Of a stretch of 64,000 nucleotides of DNA, positions 19,038 through 29,476 are shown one piece after another (positions within the stretch are counted from its first letter, which is position 1; every line of letters starts with the position of its first letter). The stretch comes from an uncultured candidate division Zixibacteria bacterium (GTDB lineage: Bacteria > Zixibacteria > MSB-5A5 > UBA10806 > 4484-95). The notes under the pieces were generated by a model. The model was not told where the DNA came from, did no database searches, and saw only the letters and a program-made list of their open reading frames with translations. Location: assembly GCA_963668625.2 (NCBI GenBank), contig CAXXKA010000006.1:855122-919121 (forward strand), in the 5' to 3' direction. The position numbers and the translations under genes were made by a program.

Positions 19038-20066
19038 TCATTTTCCGTTCAACGAGTTATTTATCTTTTTGAGTTCGAAATTAGGTTTCAAATAACCGAC
19101 TTCCTTATCTCTCCAATTGTATATGATCTCATGATGGTATTGTTTCAGGCTGTCGATCTCCGAACTCGTAACAATACCCAGTTGTCTCAATATATCAAGG
19201 CTGAATGGGGCTATTCCACGTTTGGCGCCATCGGTTATCTTGGCGGCCATACCCCAGCCCCTCTCGAACATGCCCACGCAATGTAATCCCTCAGCGCCGC
19301 CTTTGGCAATCAGTTTTTCCTTGCAGGTCAACATTAAATCCGTATCGTAGCGCCCCTCGCCGGCTACCATCCCGGGATGATCCAGCATCGCTTGAGCTAT
19401 GTTGCCATAGGTCTTTGCCTTATCTCGAGACACGGAGTGTGGAGTTACCAGGTGCGCGAAACCTAAAGCCATATTATAAAGAGGCATGGCCTGAACCGGA
19501 ACCGAGCAACCATCAATACCAATACCTATTTTCTCCTTTGGATAATCGCATATTTTGGCGATCTCATCCAAAATTATTTGCTGCACCGGGTGCGAGGGTT
19601 CGAGGTAATTTTCAATCGGCAAGTTTTTGAATACGCATAACGCCAGCATGCCGGCATGTTTGCCGGAGCAGTTATGATGCAGCTGATTGAATTCGATACC
19701 CGGTTCCGGTTTGATATTATTAGCCGTATAATAATGAGGTATATGAATACCGCATTTAAGATCGGATTCGCTCAAGCCGATTTTATCTAATATATTTTGC
19801 ACCACTTTAGCATGATGATCCCGGCCATTATGTGAACCGGAGATTATAGCTATTTCTTCATTGCTGAATTTAAATCGATGCGCTGCCCCGGATTCGATTA
19901 TCGGGATTACCTGAAACGGTTTGGCTGAGGACCTCAAATATGTTATTGTCTGTGGATCACCGAATTGATATAGAATCTTGCCCTCAGCGCTAACAACTAC
20001 ACAGTGACCGCAATGCGATGATTCGATTATATCTCCTCGGTACACCTCGACTACTTTATTAAACAA
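19038..20066 (-). CDS. L-asparaginase II (Rhizobium etli AnsA-type)
   Basis: RSSAKPFQ, GSHNG, HNCSGKHAGML, DGCSVP, AKGGAEG, KITDG..R. Confidence 0.9.
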   Translation of the reverse strand: MFNKVVEVYRGDIIESSHCGHCVVVSAEGKILYQFGDPQTITYLRSSAKPFQVIPIIESGAAHRFKFSNEEIAIISGSHNGRDHHAKVVQNILDKIGLSESDLKCGIHIPHYYTANNIKPEPGIEFNQLHHNCSGKHAGMLALCVFKNLPIENYLEPSHPVQQIILDEIAKICDYPKEKIGIGIDGCSVPVQAMPLYNMALGFAHLVTPHSVSRDKAKTYGNIAQAMLDHPGMVAGEGRYDTDLMLTCKEKLIAKGGAEGLHCVGMFERGWGMAAKITDGAKRGIAPFSLDILRQLGIVTSSEIDSLKQYHHEIIYNWRDKEVGYLKPNFELKKINNSLNGK

Positions 20067-20933
20067 CTATACTCCTAAATCTTTTAATATTTCGGGAATA
20101 TCCATAAATGTTTTGCAGTGATGTGCGCCGGCCTCGGTTAGAGCCGCGACCTTGCTTTGTGCCGTCCCCACATTACCCTCGACTATTGCGCCGGCATGTC
20201 CCATACGTTTACCGGGGGGCGCCGAAAGCCCACCGATCAAGAATAACACCGGTTTTGACATCCTGGAGATTTGCTCGGTAGCTCGTTCCTCGTACACTCC
20301 ACCTATCTCGCCGCAGAGTACCACAGCTCTGGTCTCCTCATCTTTATCGAAAATCCGTAATATCTCATCGAAAGTCGAGCCCAATACCGGGTCACCTCCC
20401 AGTCCGACACAGGTCGTCTCGCCATAACCGGTGCGGGTGAGTGTATCGGCTACGTAATAAGTAATCGATCCCGAGCGCGATACGGTGCCGACTTTGCCGC
20501 GTTTGAAAGCGATATCCGGGATTATCCCCACATTAGCCTGGCCGGGGGAGATGATACCGGCGGTATTACCGCCTATCACTGTAGTACCGTGCTCCAGGGC
20601 GGCCTTGCGGACATACATCATATCGGCGATGGGGATATGCTCGGGGACTACCACTACGAACGGTATACCGGCGTAAATCGATTCCAGGGCGGCGTTCCTC
20701 GCGAATTTAGCAGGCAGGAATATCACCGAGACATCCGCGCCGGTTGAGGCCACGCACTCATCGACAGTATCGAACACGGGCATGCCTTCCAACTCCTGTC
20801 CGCCTTTGCCGGGGGAGGTGCCGCCGACAATATTGGTGCCATAAGCTTTCATCCTTTTAGCATGGAAAGAACCGCCGCCGCCGGTTATTCCCTGCACCAT
20901 TACTTTTGAGTTTTTATCTATCAGTATTGCCAT
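20067..20933 (-). CDS. sucD: Succinyl-CoA ligase alpha-like subunit (divergent)
   Basis: VQGITG, GTSPGKGG, SRSGSITY, GEIGG, PPGKRMGHAGA (phospho-His). Confidence 0.85.
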   Translation of the reverse strand: MAILIDKNSKVMVQGITGGGGSFHAKRMKAYGTNIVGGTSPGKGGQELEGMPVFDTVDECVASTGADVSVIFLPAKFARNAALESIYAGIPFVVVVPEHIPIADMMYVRKAALEHGTTVIGGNTAGIISPGQANVGIIPDIAFKRGKVGTVSRSGSITYYVADTLTRTGYGETTCVGLGGDPVLGSTFDEILRIFDKDEETRAVVLCGEIGGVYEERATEQISRMSKPVLFLIGGLSAPPGKRMGHAGAIVEGNVGTAQSKVAALTEAGAHHCKTFMDIPEILKDLGV

Positions 20934-20945
20934 TCTTAATTTCCT

Positions 20946-21286
20946 TTATTCTAATTCTTTTAAGACATTATCAATATCTATTTTTAGCTCAGGAACATCC
21001 TTAATAGCAATTTGCCATGCGAGTTCAAGGTCGATGCCGAAATATTTATGTATAAAACATCTCTTAAGCCGGCAATCTTCCTCCATGGTACATTTGGATA
21101 AGTTGTTTTAAAATCATCAGGCATGTTTTTAACTGCTTCGCCAATGATTTCCAGCCTTCTTATCACAGCATCTTGAATCTTATATGAAGAAAGGAATTCA
21201 TCCCACGCAATATCTTTCAGATACATTCCAATTTTATTCGCGCTTTCTGCTATATGATGTAGAAATATCGTAATGTCTTTAGCCAT
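20946..21286 (-). pseudogene. HEPN/DUF86 (HepT-like) toxin, frameshifted
   Basis: DAVIRRLEIIGEAVK..PWRKIAGLRDVL; adding 1 nt at about 21052 restores IHKYFGIDLELAWQ...ELE* (RX4HXY motif) ending at 20946. Confidence 0.8.
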
Positions 21287-21572
21287 AAAACACCTCTTGC
21301 TCTTTCAGTATTTTATTTATTAACAAAGGGTGTAAGTACCTGTAAGTTACGATATCAGCTTTTCGGCCTAGTATATCCTCTAATTTAAGCTTTAAACCAA
21401 CCAAATCCAGAAGGTTTTTACCGGGCACGAATTCCACCAATAAACCAATGTCACCATCAGATGTCAGTTGACCCGATTCGATAGAGCCAAACAATGCAGC
21501 TTTGCTAATGCCAAGCTTAGATAAGGTATTGGATATGACTTGTTTGATTTTATCTTTCTCGGAAATTGCCAT
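21279..21572 (-). CDS. Minimal nucleotidyltransferase (MntA-like antitoxin), degenerate
   Basis: LFGS..SG....DGDIGLLVEF, LEDILGRKADIV; second catalytic Asp replaced by Gly. Confidence 0.8.
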   Translation of the reverse strand: MAISEKDKIKQVISNTLSKLGISKAALFGSIESGQLTSDGDIGLLVEFVPGKNLLDLVGLKLKLEDILGRKADIVTYRYLHPLLINKILKEQEVFYG

Positions 21573-21575
21573 CGT

Positions 21576-22037
21576 TTATTCCTTCTGATCGGTGTACTCG
21601 ATATTCAATTCGTAATCGCCCGCAGTGATCTTAACGATATGATAAGGCGTGGTGATAACGGGAAGCATCATGCCGCCGCCACCTATATGGTTGATCACTT
21701 TCAGATAGAGGTTATCGCCCACGCGGCTAATCTCGGATATCTCCACCGAGTAGCCACTGCTGTTTTTAGTGCCCATAAATACCGCAATGGCGTTGTATTT
21801 CTCGAAATCAATCGGCTGTAACTCCGGCATCGGTTCAACGTTACCCTGCGCCAGATGCCATATTCTGTTCCAATTCTCGGCGTTATCGACAACGAACACC
21901 GCCGAGGTATCTATCAGGCTATGCTGACCGGCCAGTACCGTCTCGAATGGTAGAGGGCCGCTTGCCGGCTTTTTCGAAAACGCCAGGCAGCCTATTACCA
22001 GAAACACCGCAAGTATCGAAACTGATATTGTTTTCAT
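21576..22037 (-). CDS. Exported PrcB C-terminal-domain protein
   Basis: Signal peptide; IDFEK..AIAVFMGTKNSSGYSVEI...ITTPYHIVKI. Confidence 0.75.
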   Translation of the reverse strand: MKTISVSILAVFLVIGCLAFSKKPASGPLPFETVLAGQHSLIDTSAVFVVDNAENWNRIWHLAQGNVEPMPELQPIDFEKYNAIAVFMGTKNSSGYSVEISEISRVGDNLYLKVINHIGGGGMMLPVITTPYHIVKITAGDYELNIEYTDQKE

Positions 22038-22038
22038 C

Positions 22039-23226
22039 TCATGCTCCTTTAGCCAGCTCTACCGCTCTCTTGGCGATCTCCTCGATCGGTTTCTCTATAC
22101 CGAATGATTCGATATTCTCGAATAACTCCGGTGATTCCTTTTTCGCCTCATCGAAAATCCGTACGCCCTCCTGCCACATGTTGCCGGTCATACGCATCAC
22201 CATAGGCTTGGAAAGACCGTGTTCCTTGAGGAATTTGGTGACACCCACAGCGAAATCATCGCAACGGGATATACCTCCGAAACGAGCGCCGAATATGACT
22301 TTCACGTTCGGGTTTTCATCCAGGAGCACCAGCATCTTGGCGATTCTCTCCGGGGATGGCCCGCCGCCGGAGTCCATGAAATTGGCCGGTTTACCGCCGA
22401 AATGGGTGATGAAATCATTGCCCATTATACCGAATCCGGCGCCGCCGGGGAACATACCGATATTGCCCTCGAGATCGAGATAAGGGATGCCCCATTCGCG
22501 AGCCTGTTTCTCACGGGGGGTAAGTTCTCCCTCCTCGTGACGTTTCTCGATGCCGCGTTCGGCCAAATCGGGGTGGCGGAATAACGAGTCATCATCAAGA
22601 CTGACACGGGCATCGGCGCAAATAAGTTTTCCCTCTTTAGTCAGTACCAATGGGTTTATCTCTGCTAGTTTGCAATCATAGGACTTATAGAAGCCGAAAA
22701 GCCTTAAAGCTATGGCGGCAAAATCGCGCAGGCTGGTCGATGGTAGCCCTATCTTTTTAGCTATACTCATAGCCTGGAAATCGTATAACTGCTGATCGAT
22801 ATCGAATTCCAATTTATGAATTTTCTCGGGAGTTTTTGCCGCTACCTCCTCGATATCGACACCGCCCTCACCACAGGCTATCAAAGTGATTTTATAGTCG
22901 GCTCGGTTGAGGGTAATACCCAGATAAATTTCCTTATTTATATTAATCGCTTTTTCCACGAGAAGCTTTTCGACCTGGTAACCTTTGATTGTCATTGCCA
23001 GTATCTGTGATGCGATATCCGCAACTTTATCAGAGCTTTCAATAAGCTTGATACCGCCTGCTTTTCCGCGCCCGCCCGTTAGCACCTGAGCTTTGAGTAC
23101 CACCGGTAAGCCGAGTTTTTCCACTGCTGCTACCGCCGCCTCCGCAGTGCTAACCGGGATGGACTCCGGTAAAGGGAGTTTGTGGTCTTTATATAGCTGT
23201 TTAGCCTCATATTCGTATAACCTCAA
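22039..23226 (-). CDS. sucC: Succinyl-CoA ligase beta-like subunit (ATP-grasp, divergent)
   Basis: MRLYEYEAK, KAQVLTGGRGKAGGI, GGVDIEEVA, EINPL, PANFMDSGGG, FGGISRCD. Confidence 0.85.
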   Translation of the reverse strand: MRLYEYEAKQLYKDHKLPLPESIPVSTAEAAVAAVEKLGLPVVLKAQVLTGGRGKAGGIKLIESSDKVADIASQILAMTIKGYQVEKLLVEKAININKEIYLGITLNRADYKITLIACGEGGVDIEEVAAKTPEKIHKLEFDIDQQLYDFQAMSIAKKIGLPSTSLRDFAAIALRLFGFYKSYDCKLAEINPLVLTKEGKLICADARVSLDDDSLFRHPDLAERGIEKRHEEGELTPREKQAREWGIPYLDLEGNIGMFPGGAGFGIMGNDFITHFGGKPANFMDSGGGPSPERIAKMLVLLDENPNVKVIFGARFGGISRCDDFAVGVTKFLKEHGLSKPMVMRMTGNMWQEGVRIFDEAKKESPELFENIESFGIEKPIEEIAKRAVELAKGA

Positions 23227-23535
23227 AAAGCCTCCTCGCTTAGTATGATTCTCACGATAATTATGCTAATTTTATAAAATACTTGTGATTAAGTCAATGA
23301 AAAAGGCTGTGTTGTCTGATGTTACAAGAAGTGTATCTCTACTTATCCAGTATAGATATGTTAGTCTATAAAATTCTTGACAGTAACTTATTAATTATTA
23401 TTATATACGCATAATATATGTAGCGCGTAGTACCTGCGAATACATGTATTTTGATAGGGCCGGATGTTTTAAATCAACTAAATTAAATGGGGTAGTTGTT
23501 GAAAATGAATTACTCTAATAAGGTTAGATGTTGTT

Positions 23536-26500
23536 ATGAGTAATAAAGATAGTGAAACAAACTTAATAAATCAGTTTAACAGGTTTATTGATAGTGTTAA
23601 GGAAATATTTCCGGCAAAGCTAATAGATCAAACAAATGCGGGAGCTTTTGCGCAGTTGTTTCATACTGTGCACACTCCTGCGTTATTGTTAAGTATCCCG
23701 GATGGCTTAGTGCTTGATGTTAATATCAGTCTATTGAATCAACTTGAATATTCCTCGGTGGAAATCGTAGGCAAAACACTTATTGAATCTGATATATGGG
23801 GTTCGTTCGATTTGAAGAAGGAGGCCTCAGGGCAGCTCAATCAACCTGAAAGCATGAGCCTGAAACTGAAAACGAAATCGGGACGATTGCTTGAATTCAA
23901 GCTGGATGCCAGTAAAGTCGAATTAATTTCCGGAGAGGCATTCCTTTGCGTATTAGAGAGTAAAGCCAGGGATGACTCGATACAGGATTTCGTATTGAAA
24001 TTCGAAAGTATCGTCGATAACTCCGATCATGGTGTTTGCGTGGTCGTTAAGAGTAAGCATTTATACGTAAACAAACGCTTTTCCGAGATAACCGGGTTAC
24101 CGCTCGAATATATATACGATGTAACTCCGGATGTCATAATAAAAGATATTTCTCATCCAGATTTTTACCAGATCGTCATATCGAGCTATCGTGAATTCAT
24201 ATCGGAAGTTACCTCGAACGGCAGCGTCGAGTTGAAAATCGTACATCCTGACGATGGTGAGAAATGGGTTGAGATTCAAGCAAGGTTGATGAATATAAAC
24301 GGCGATCGGGTCATACTGATGGTACTTATAGATATAGACGAAAAGAAGAAAGCTTATGAAAAGATAAGATCCGATCAACATCTGTTTAAAAGTATTCTCG
24401 ATACTACCCTGGATTATGTTTTCATAAAAAATGAAGAACTTCGATACACTCTCGTTAACACTCGGATGGAGAAATTGTTCGGGAAATCCTCGAGTGAACT
24501 ACTGGGCAAAACCGATGTCGAACTTTTCGATAAGGAGACCGCCGCTCAAATTTCTGCAACCGATACGCTCGTGCTTAAAGGCGAGGTGATCGAAGAGGAA
24601 TGCGAGAAAGTAATAAACGGTAAAGTTATAGCATTCCATATAGTCAAAACGCCTCTTTTCAACAAGGCTGGCCGGATTGTCGGACTTTATAGCGTTGCCC
24701 GCGATATTACCGAGCAACGAGATTCGAGACAGCGCCTGGAGGACTCGGAGCTGAAATTCAGGAATATAATCGAAAACACTAAAGATACCATTCTTACCTA
24801 CCAGCCGGATGGAACGATTTCGTATATAAGTCCGGGAAATAATTTCTATGGTTACGACCTGGATAAGGTGGTTGGCAGTAAGGTATTCGAATACGTATAT
24901 CCTGATGATTTGAAGAAAGTGGCGGCCGGTTTCCAGGAGACTTTATTGACCGGTCGCGGTTTTACCTCGGAGTTCAGGTTGGTCGGTGGAGAAAACGACA
25001 GGATTTTCTATGTAGAGGAAAGTATTTGCGCGATACGCGAAAACGACAAAATAATTCAGCTATCCGGAGTTATTCGCGATGTTTCCAAGCGCAAAATAGC
25101 CGAGGCCGCGCTACGCGAAAGCGAAACGAAGTATCGGCGACTGATAGAGAACATGAATGAGGGACTAGGCGCGATCAACGAGGATGGAATAATTACTTTC
25201 GTTAATAACAGCGCCTGCAGAATGTTGGGATACACCCAGGATGAACTGGTAAACAAGTCAGTCATGGAATTGGTCGATGAGGATGACCGGAAAATCCTAA
25301 CCGAGCAGTTCATGCAAAGGAAAAAAGGCGATAGGGCCAACTACGAAATCACCTGGCTCAAGAATGACGGTAGTAAAGTACATACTATTATGTCATCCGT
25401 ACCGGTATATGATCGAACGGGAGATTTCTCCGGTAGTTTCGGTATTCTGACCGATATCACGGATCGTAAGAATGCCGAAGAGGCGTTGAAGAAATCCGAA
25501 GAGAGATATCGTCAGGCGGTCGAAAATTCACCCAGCCCCATATTCACTGTCGATAAAAGAGGTTTCATTAGGACATGGAACACGGCCTGCGCGAATGTGT
25601 TCGGTTACGATGAAACGATAATCGGCGAGTATTACGAGCTTATAATAGCTGAAAAAAGTAATTATCCGCTAATCACCGAAAAGATAAACGAGGTCTTCCA
25701 GAATAAGTATCACGCGGATATAGAGCTGAAGTTAAAAACCAGGGAAGGGCGAGTTCGGTTTATGGTTTCTCGTCTTTATCCGCTTCTGGATGAAAAAGGC
25801 GAGGTGGAACGTTGCGTTTTCACTAATACCGATATTACGGATCGAAAAGATATCGAAAATGCCCTGCGCGAGAGCGAGAAAAGGTTCCGCGATATGGTGG
25901 AGTTGTCGCCAGAGGGTGTGTTCGAGTATGACAGTAATGGGGAAATATCTTTTGCTAATGCAGCCGCATTAAAAATATTTCATTTAACTCCCGAATTATT
26001 GGAATCCGGTTTGCGGGGTGAATCATTGATAGTGCCTGAGGAGCGGGAGCGAGCTCGAAAGAATATGTCGAGATTGCTAAATGGCGAGAAGATTGGCCCG
26101 AACGAATATCGAGTCATCCGGCCTGATGGCAGCATATTCAGGTCTGTTATTCATTCCACGCCTGTCTACAAAAACGACAAAATTGTAGGCGTACATGGAA
26201 TAATCATTGATATCACGGAAAATAAAAAATCAGAGGCGGCTCTTCGTGAAAGTGAATTGTTTAATCGCGCCGTTATCGATAAATCTCCGCTTGGAGTCTC
26301 CGTTCGTAGTAAATCGGGAAAGCTCCTGAGTTGTAACGATTCGTGGAAAAAGATATGGGGGAAAAGCGATCAAGAAGTCGAAAAGTATTTAGCCGAACCG
26401 GATCGGCCGAGCCTGGTATTCGACCGCCGCGATGATTATTTGACCCCCTGGCATAATCAACTGAGACGAGTTTATGAAGAGGGGGGATATCTATTCGCCC

Positions 26501-29049
26501 CCGAGGTGAAGTTGCTTTATCACAAAAAAGGCGGCGATCGCTGGGTCTCACAGCATTTCTATGCCATTACCGATAGCGAGGGACAGGTCGATAAGGTTGT
26601 AATCCTGACCGAAGACATAACAGAACGAAAGCGTGCGACCGAGGCGCTTAAGCTTTCCGAGGCTTATTATCGTGGGCTGTTCGAAAGCGCTCATGATGCC
26701 ATAATCGTGTTCGACCCGGAGAATGAAATCATTCTTGATGCCAATAAAAGCGCCTATCTGAATTATGGTTTCGAGAAAAGCGAATTTATCGGTATGTCAA
26801 TGAAAGATATCTCGAAGGATGTAAAAACCGGCCAAAGACATATCAGTAAGACGCTTAGAAATAAATCGTATTATTCGTTTGAGACTATTCAATATCATAA
26901 AAATGGTATGGAGATGATTCTCGAGGTGAATGCTTCTATTATCAAATATAATGGTCGGGATGTCATACTCAGTGTCAACCGCGATATCACCCAGAGAAAG
27001 AAAGCTCAGGAGGAACTGCGTTTGAGCGAGGAGCGGTTCAGGACAATCGTCAATTCCGCGCCTATTTCGATATTCGCGATGGATACCGATGGTATCATGA
27101 CATTTCTCGAAGGGCATCCTCTCGAGAATGCAGGTATGCATAAAGACACGATAATAGGAACATCAATATTTGATATATATCCGCATCCTGATGGCAGAAA
27201 ACTGTACCGGCAAGCCCTGGAGGGTAAACTTAATAAATATCTTGCGAGTTACAACGGCAGGCTATTCGATATTAACCTGACAACGAGGAAAAACGAAACA
27301 GGAAAGACTGTCGGGATTATCGGAACAGCTACGGATGTTACGGAAAGCCTTCAAGATAAAGAGGCTCTCAGGCAAAGCGAGAAATGGCTAAGGACGATAG
27401 TAACCGCCTCGACCTTAACGTTGTTTGCGATCAGTAAAGATGGTTATTTCACATTTCTCGAGGGACGACTCCTGAAGACACTCGGTTTCGATAAAGATAA
27501 ACTTATCGGCGAATCTGTTTTCGATATATTCGAAACTGATTTCGATGATGACATCTGGGAACAATCCTTGGAGGGAAAGATCCGAAATCACGTCTTTAAT
27601 TATCGAGATAAAATTATAGAGGCAAGGTACTCCCCGCAAACCAATGATAAAAACGAGATGATAGGTGTCTACGGTGTCGCTCTGGACATAACAGAGCAGA
27701 AAAAAATCGAGGATGCTCTGCGCGACGGGGAGGAGAAATATCGACTGCTGGTCGAGGCGGCCGGACAGCCTATCTATTCGTTAAATCGGGATGGTATATT
27801 TCTAACGATGAACAATGTCGCCGCCGAATATCTGGGCGGGAAGCCGAAAGATTTCATCGGTAAAACCATGTGGAATCTTTTCCCTAAAAATATTGCGGAT
27901 GTTCAAATGGCGGATGTTATAAAAGCCATCGATACCGGTAAGAAGCTCACATTCGAGAGCCCGACTCTGTTTAAAAACGAGGAAAAATGGTTCATTACCA
28001 GTATCCAACCTCTACAGGATGCTGAGGGAGCGGCAAGTTCGGCGTTGCTGATAAGCAGTGATATCACGCAAAGGAAACGTATAGAGGTACGAGACAGGGC
28101 TAAATCACAATACCTGGATGACCTGCGAAGAGCGCAATCGATCAATGAATGCCTGGCCCTGTGCTGCCGTACGATTCGAGACGCGAAAATATTCAAACGT
28201 TCGATTTTGACTATTCATGATGAAAAGCGCGCTATTGTTAATTACGGGCAGGTTGGTTTAAGCGAGATGGATATCAAGCATACCCTGGGTACTCAGGCGC
28301 CTGATTCGGAGCTGACCAGGCGGATGACACGCGAAAAATTCAAGATAAGCCATTCATACTATATCCCCGAATCAGAAGGGATGTTTTCCCCCATAGAAAA
28401 CAGGTGTATAAACCAGGCGGAGAACACCTCGGCCGATAGCTCCGGCTGGAAAAACGGGGACGCTTATTTCGTGCCTTTAAAAAACGATAACGATCAGCCC
28501 GAGGGTTGGCTTTCAGCCGATACGCCATTCAGCGGCTTCTGTCCTGATCACGATGATGTGGTATTCATCGAGGAACTGGTTGATACCGCCGGTAATAAAA
28601 TCAGGGAGATTCGCTACCTCGAATTGCTCGAAACCGAGCGAGAAGCCTTAAGAGAGAAAAATATAACCTTGAGGGAAGTGCTGGCCTATATCGAGGAAGA
28701 GAAAATGGAGATAAAGAATCAAATCGCCAATGAGGTTCAAAACTCCTTGATGCCGCTGGTCAAGAAACTGATTAATCCCGACGGTAAAGTAAACAATACC
28801 TGTTATAATATTTTAAGCCAGGGGCTCGATTCATTGGTAGCCCCATCCAGTATTAAGCAAATATACTCTAAACTTTCTCCCCGAGAGATTGAAATCTGCA
28901 ATCTGATAAAATCCGGCGCAACTTCCAAAGATATCGCCAATGAGCTCAGTATAAGCCTGGCAACGGTGCAAAAACATCGCGAGAGCATCCGTAAAAAGCT
29001 AAAAATAACAAATAAGAATATCAATTTAATGACATTCCTTAAGGGCTAA
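23536..29049 (+). CDS. Multi-PAS (12) + GAF-like + LuxR HTH one-component regulator
   Basis: Repeated DIT.RK..E.AL.ESE.(K/R)(F/Y)R PAS linkers; C-terminal LSPREIEICNLIKSGATSKDIANELSISLATVQKHRESIRKKL. Confidence 0.9.
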   Translation: MSNKDSETNLINQFNRFIDSVKEIFPAKLIDQTNAGAFAQLFHTVHTPALLLSIPDGLVLDVNISLLNQLEYSSVEIVGKTLIESDIWGSFDLKKEASGQLNQPESMSLKLKTKSGRLLEFKLDASKVELISGEAFLCVLESKARDDSIQDFVLKFESIVDNSDHGVCVVVKSKHLYVNKRFSEITGLPLEYIYDVTPDVIIKDISHPDFYQIVISSYREFISEVTSNGSVELKIVHPDDGEKWVEIQARLMNINGDRVILMVLIDIDEKKKAYEKIRSDQHLFKSILDTTLDYVFIKNEELRYTLVNTRMEKLFGKSSSELLGKTDVELFDKETAAQISATDTLVLKGEVIEEECEKVINGKVIAFHIVKTPLFNKAGRIVGLYSVARDITEQRDSRQRLEDSELKFRNIIENTKDTILTYQPDGTISYISPGNNFYGYDLDKVVGSKVFEYVYPDDLKKVAAGFQETLLTGRGFTSEFRLVGGENDRIFYVEESICAIRENDKIIQLSGVIRDVSKRKIAEAALRESETKYRRLIENMNEGLGAINEDGIITFVNNSACRMLGYTQDELVNKSVMELVDEDDRKILTEQFMQRKKGDRANYEITWLKNDGSKVHTIMSSVPVYDRTGDFSGSFGILTDITDRKNAEEALKKSEERYRQAVENSPSPIFTVDKRGFIRTWNTACANVFGYDETIIGEYYELIIAEKSNYPLITEKINEVFQNKYHADIELKLKTREGRVRFMVSRLYPLLDEKGEVERCVFTNTDITDRKDIENALRESEKRFRDMVELSPEGVFEYDSNGEISFANAAALKIFHLTPELLESGLRGESLIVPEERERARKNMSRLLNGEKIGPNEYRVIRPDGSIFRSVIHSTPVYKNDKIVGVHGIIIDITENKKSEAALRESELFNRAVIDKSPLGVSVRSKSGKLLSCNDSWKKIWGKSDQEVEKYLAEPDRPSLVFDRRDDYLTPWHNQLRRVYEEGGYLFAPEVKLLYHKKGGDRWVSQHFYAITDSEGQVDKVVILTEDITERKRATEALKLSEAYYRGLFESAHDAIIVFDPENEIILDANKSAYLNYGFEKSEFIGMSMKDISKDVKTGQRHISKTLRNKSYYSFETIQYHKNGMEMILEVNASIIKYNGRDVILSVNRDITQRKKAQEELRLSEERFRTIVNSAPISIFAMDTDGIMTFLEGHPLENAGMHKDTIIGTSIFDIYPHPDGRKLYRQALEGKLNKYLASYNGRLFDINLTTRKNETGKTVGIIGTATDVTESLQDKEALRQSEKWLRTIVTASTLTLFAISKDGYFTFLEGRLLKTLGFDKDKLIGESVFDIFETDFDDDIWEQSLEGKIRNHVFNYRDKIIEARYSPQTNDKNEMIGVYGVALDITEQKKIEDALRDGEEKYRLLVEAAGQPIYSLNRDGIFLTMNNVAAEYLGGKPKDFIGKTMWNLFPKNIADVQMADVIKAIDTGKKLTFESPTLFKNEEKWFITSIQPLQDAEGAASSALLISSDITQRKRIEVRDRAKSQYLDDLRRAQSINECLALCCRTIRDAKIFKRSILTIHDEKRAIVNYGQVGLSEMDIKHTLGTQAPDSELTRRMTREKFKISHSYYIPESEGMFSPIENRCINQAENTSADSSGWKNGDAYFVPLKNDNDQPEGWLSADTPFSGFCPDHDDVVFIEELVDTAGNKIREIRYLELLETEREALREKNITLREVLAYIEEEKMEIKNQIANEVQNSLMPLVKKLINPDGKVNNTCYNILSQGLDSLVAPSSIKQIYSKLSPREIEICNLIKSGATSKDIANELSISLATVQKHRESIRKKLKITNKNINLMTFLKG

Positions 29050-29436
29050 TATTACGTATAAAGCTCTACGTATTGTTTAAGTGATATTGCCGGGTTGACA
29101 AGACACGGAAATTGAATTAATTTTATTTCAGATTAAGCGAATTACCTTATTATTATCAGGCATTCGGCTTAATCTGCTCTTTCAAATCATTTCATTCAAA
29201 GTGGCTTGTAGCGCCCGGGGGGAGCGCTTGGGCCACTATGCAATGAGCTACTATTGATCATATAGTTAAGTATCCCGGCGGAAATTCTTGGTTATCCCGT
29301 CATAGCTCGAGGGCTTTTGGGCCGTATTCAAAATCATAAATAGATAAATATATATACTGGATTATTTGATTGAGATTTTTAAGAGTAAATTAAAAAGTAC
29401 TGAAAAAATCCTTATAGTTCGTTGATGATAATAAAT

Positions 29437-29465
29437 AAAAAAAGGGCGTCCGTATGAACGCCCTC
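29437..29465 (-). terminator. Intrinsic terminator of rocD
   Basis: AGGGCGT...ACGCCCT stem with A-tract on the + strand. Confidence 0.7.
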
Positions 29466-29476
29466 GTATTTTAAAA

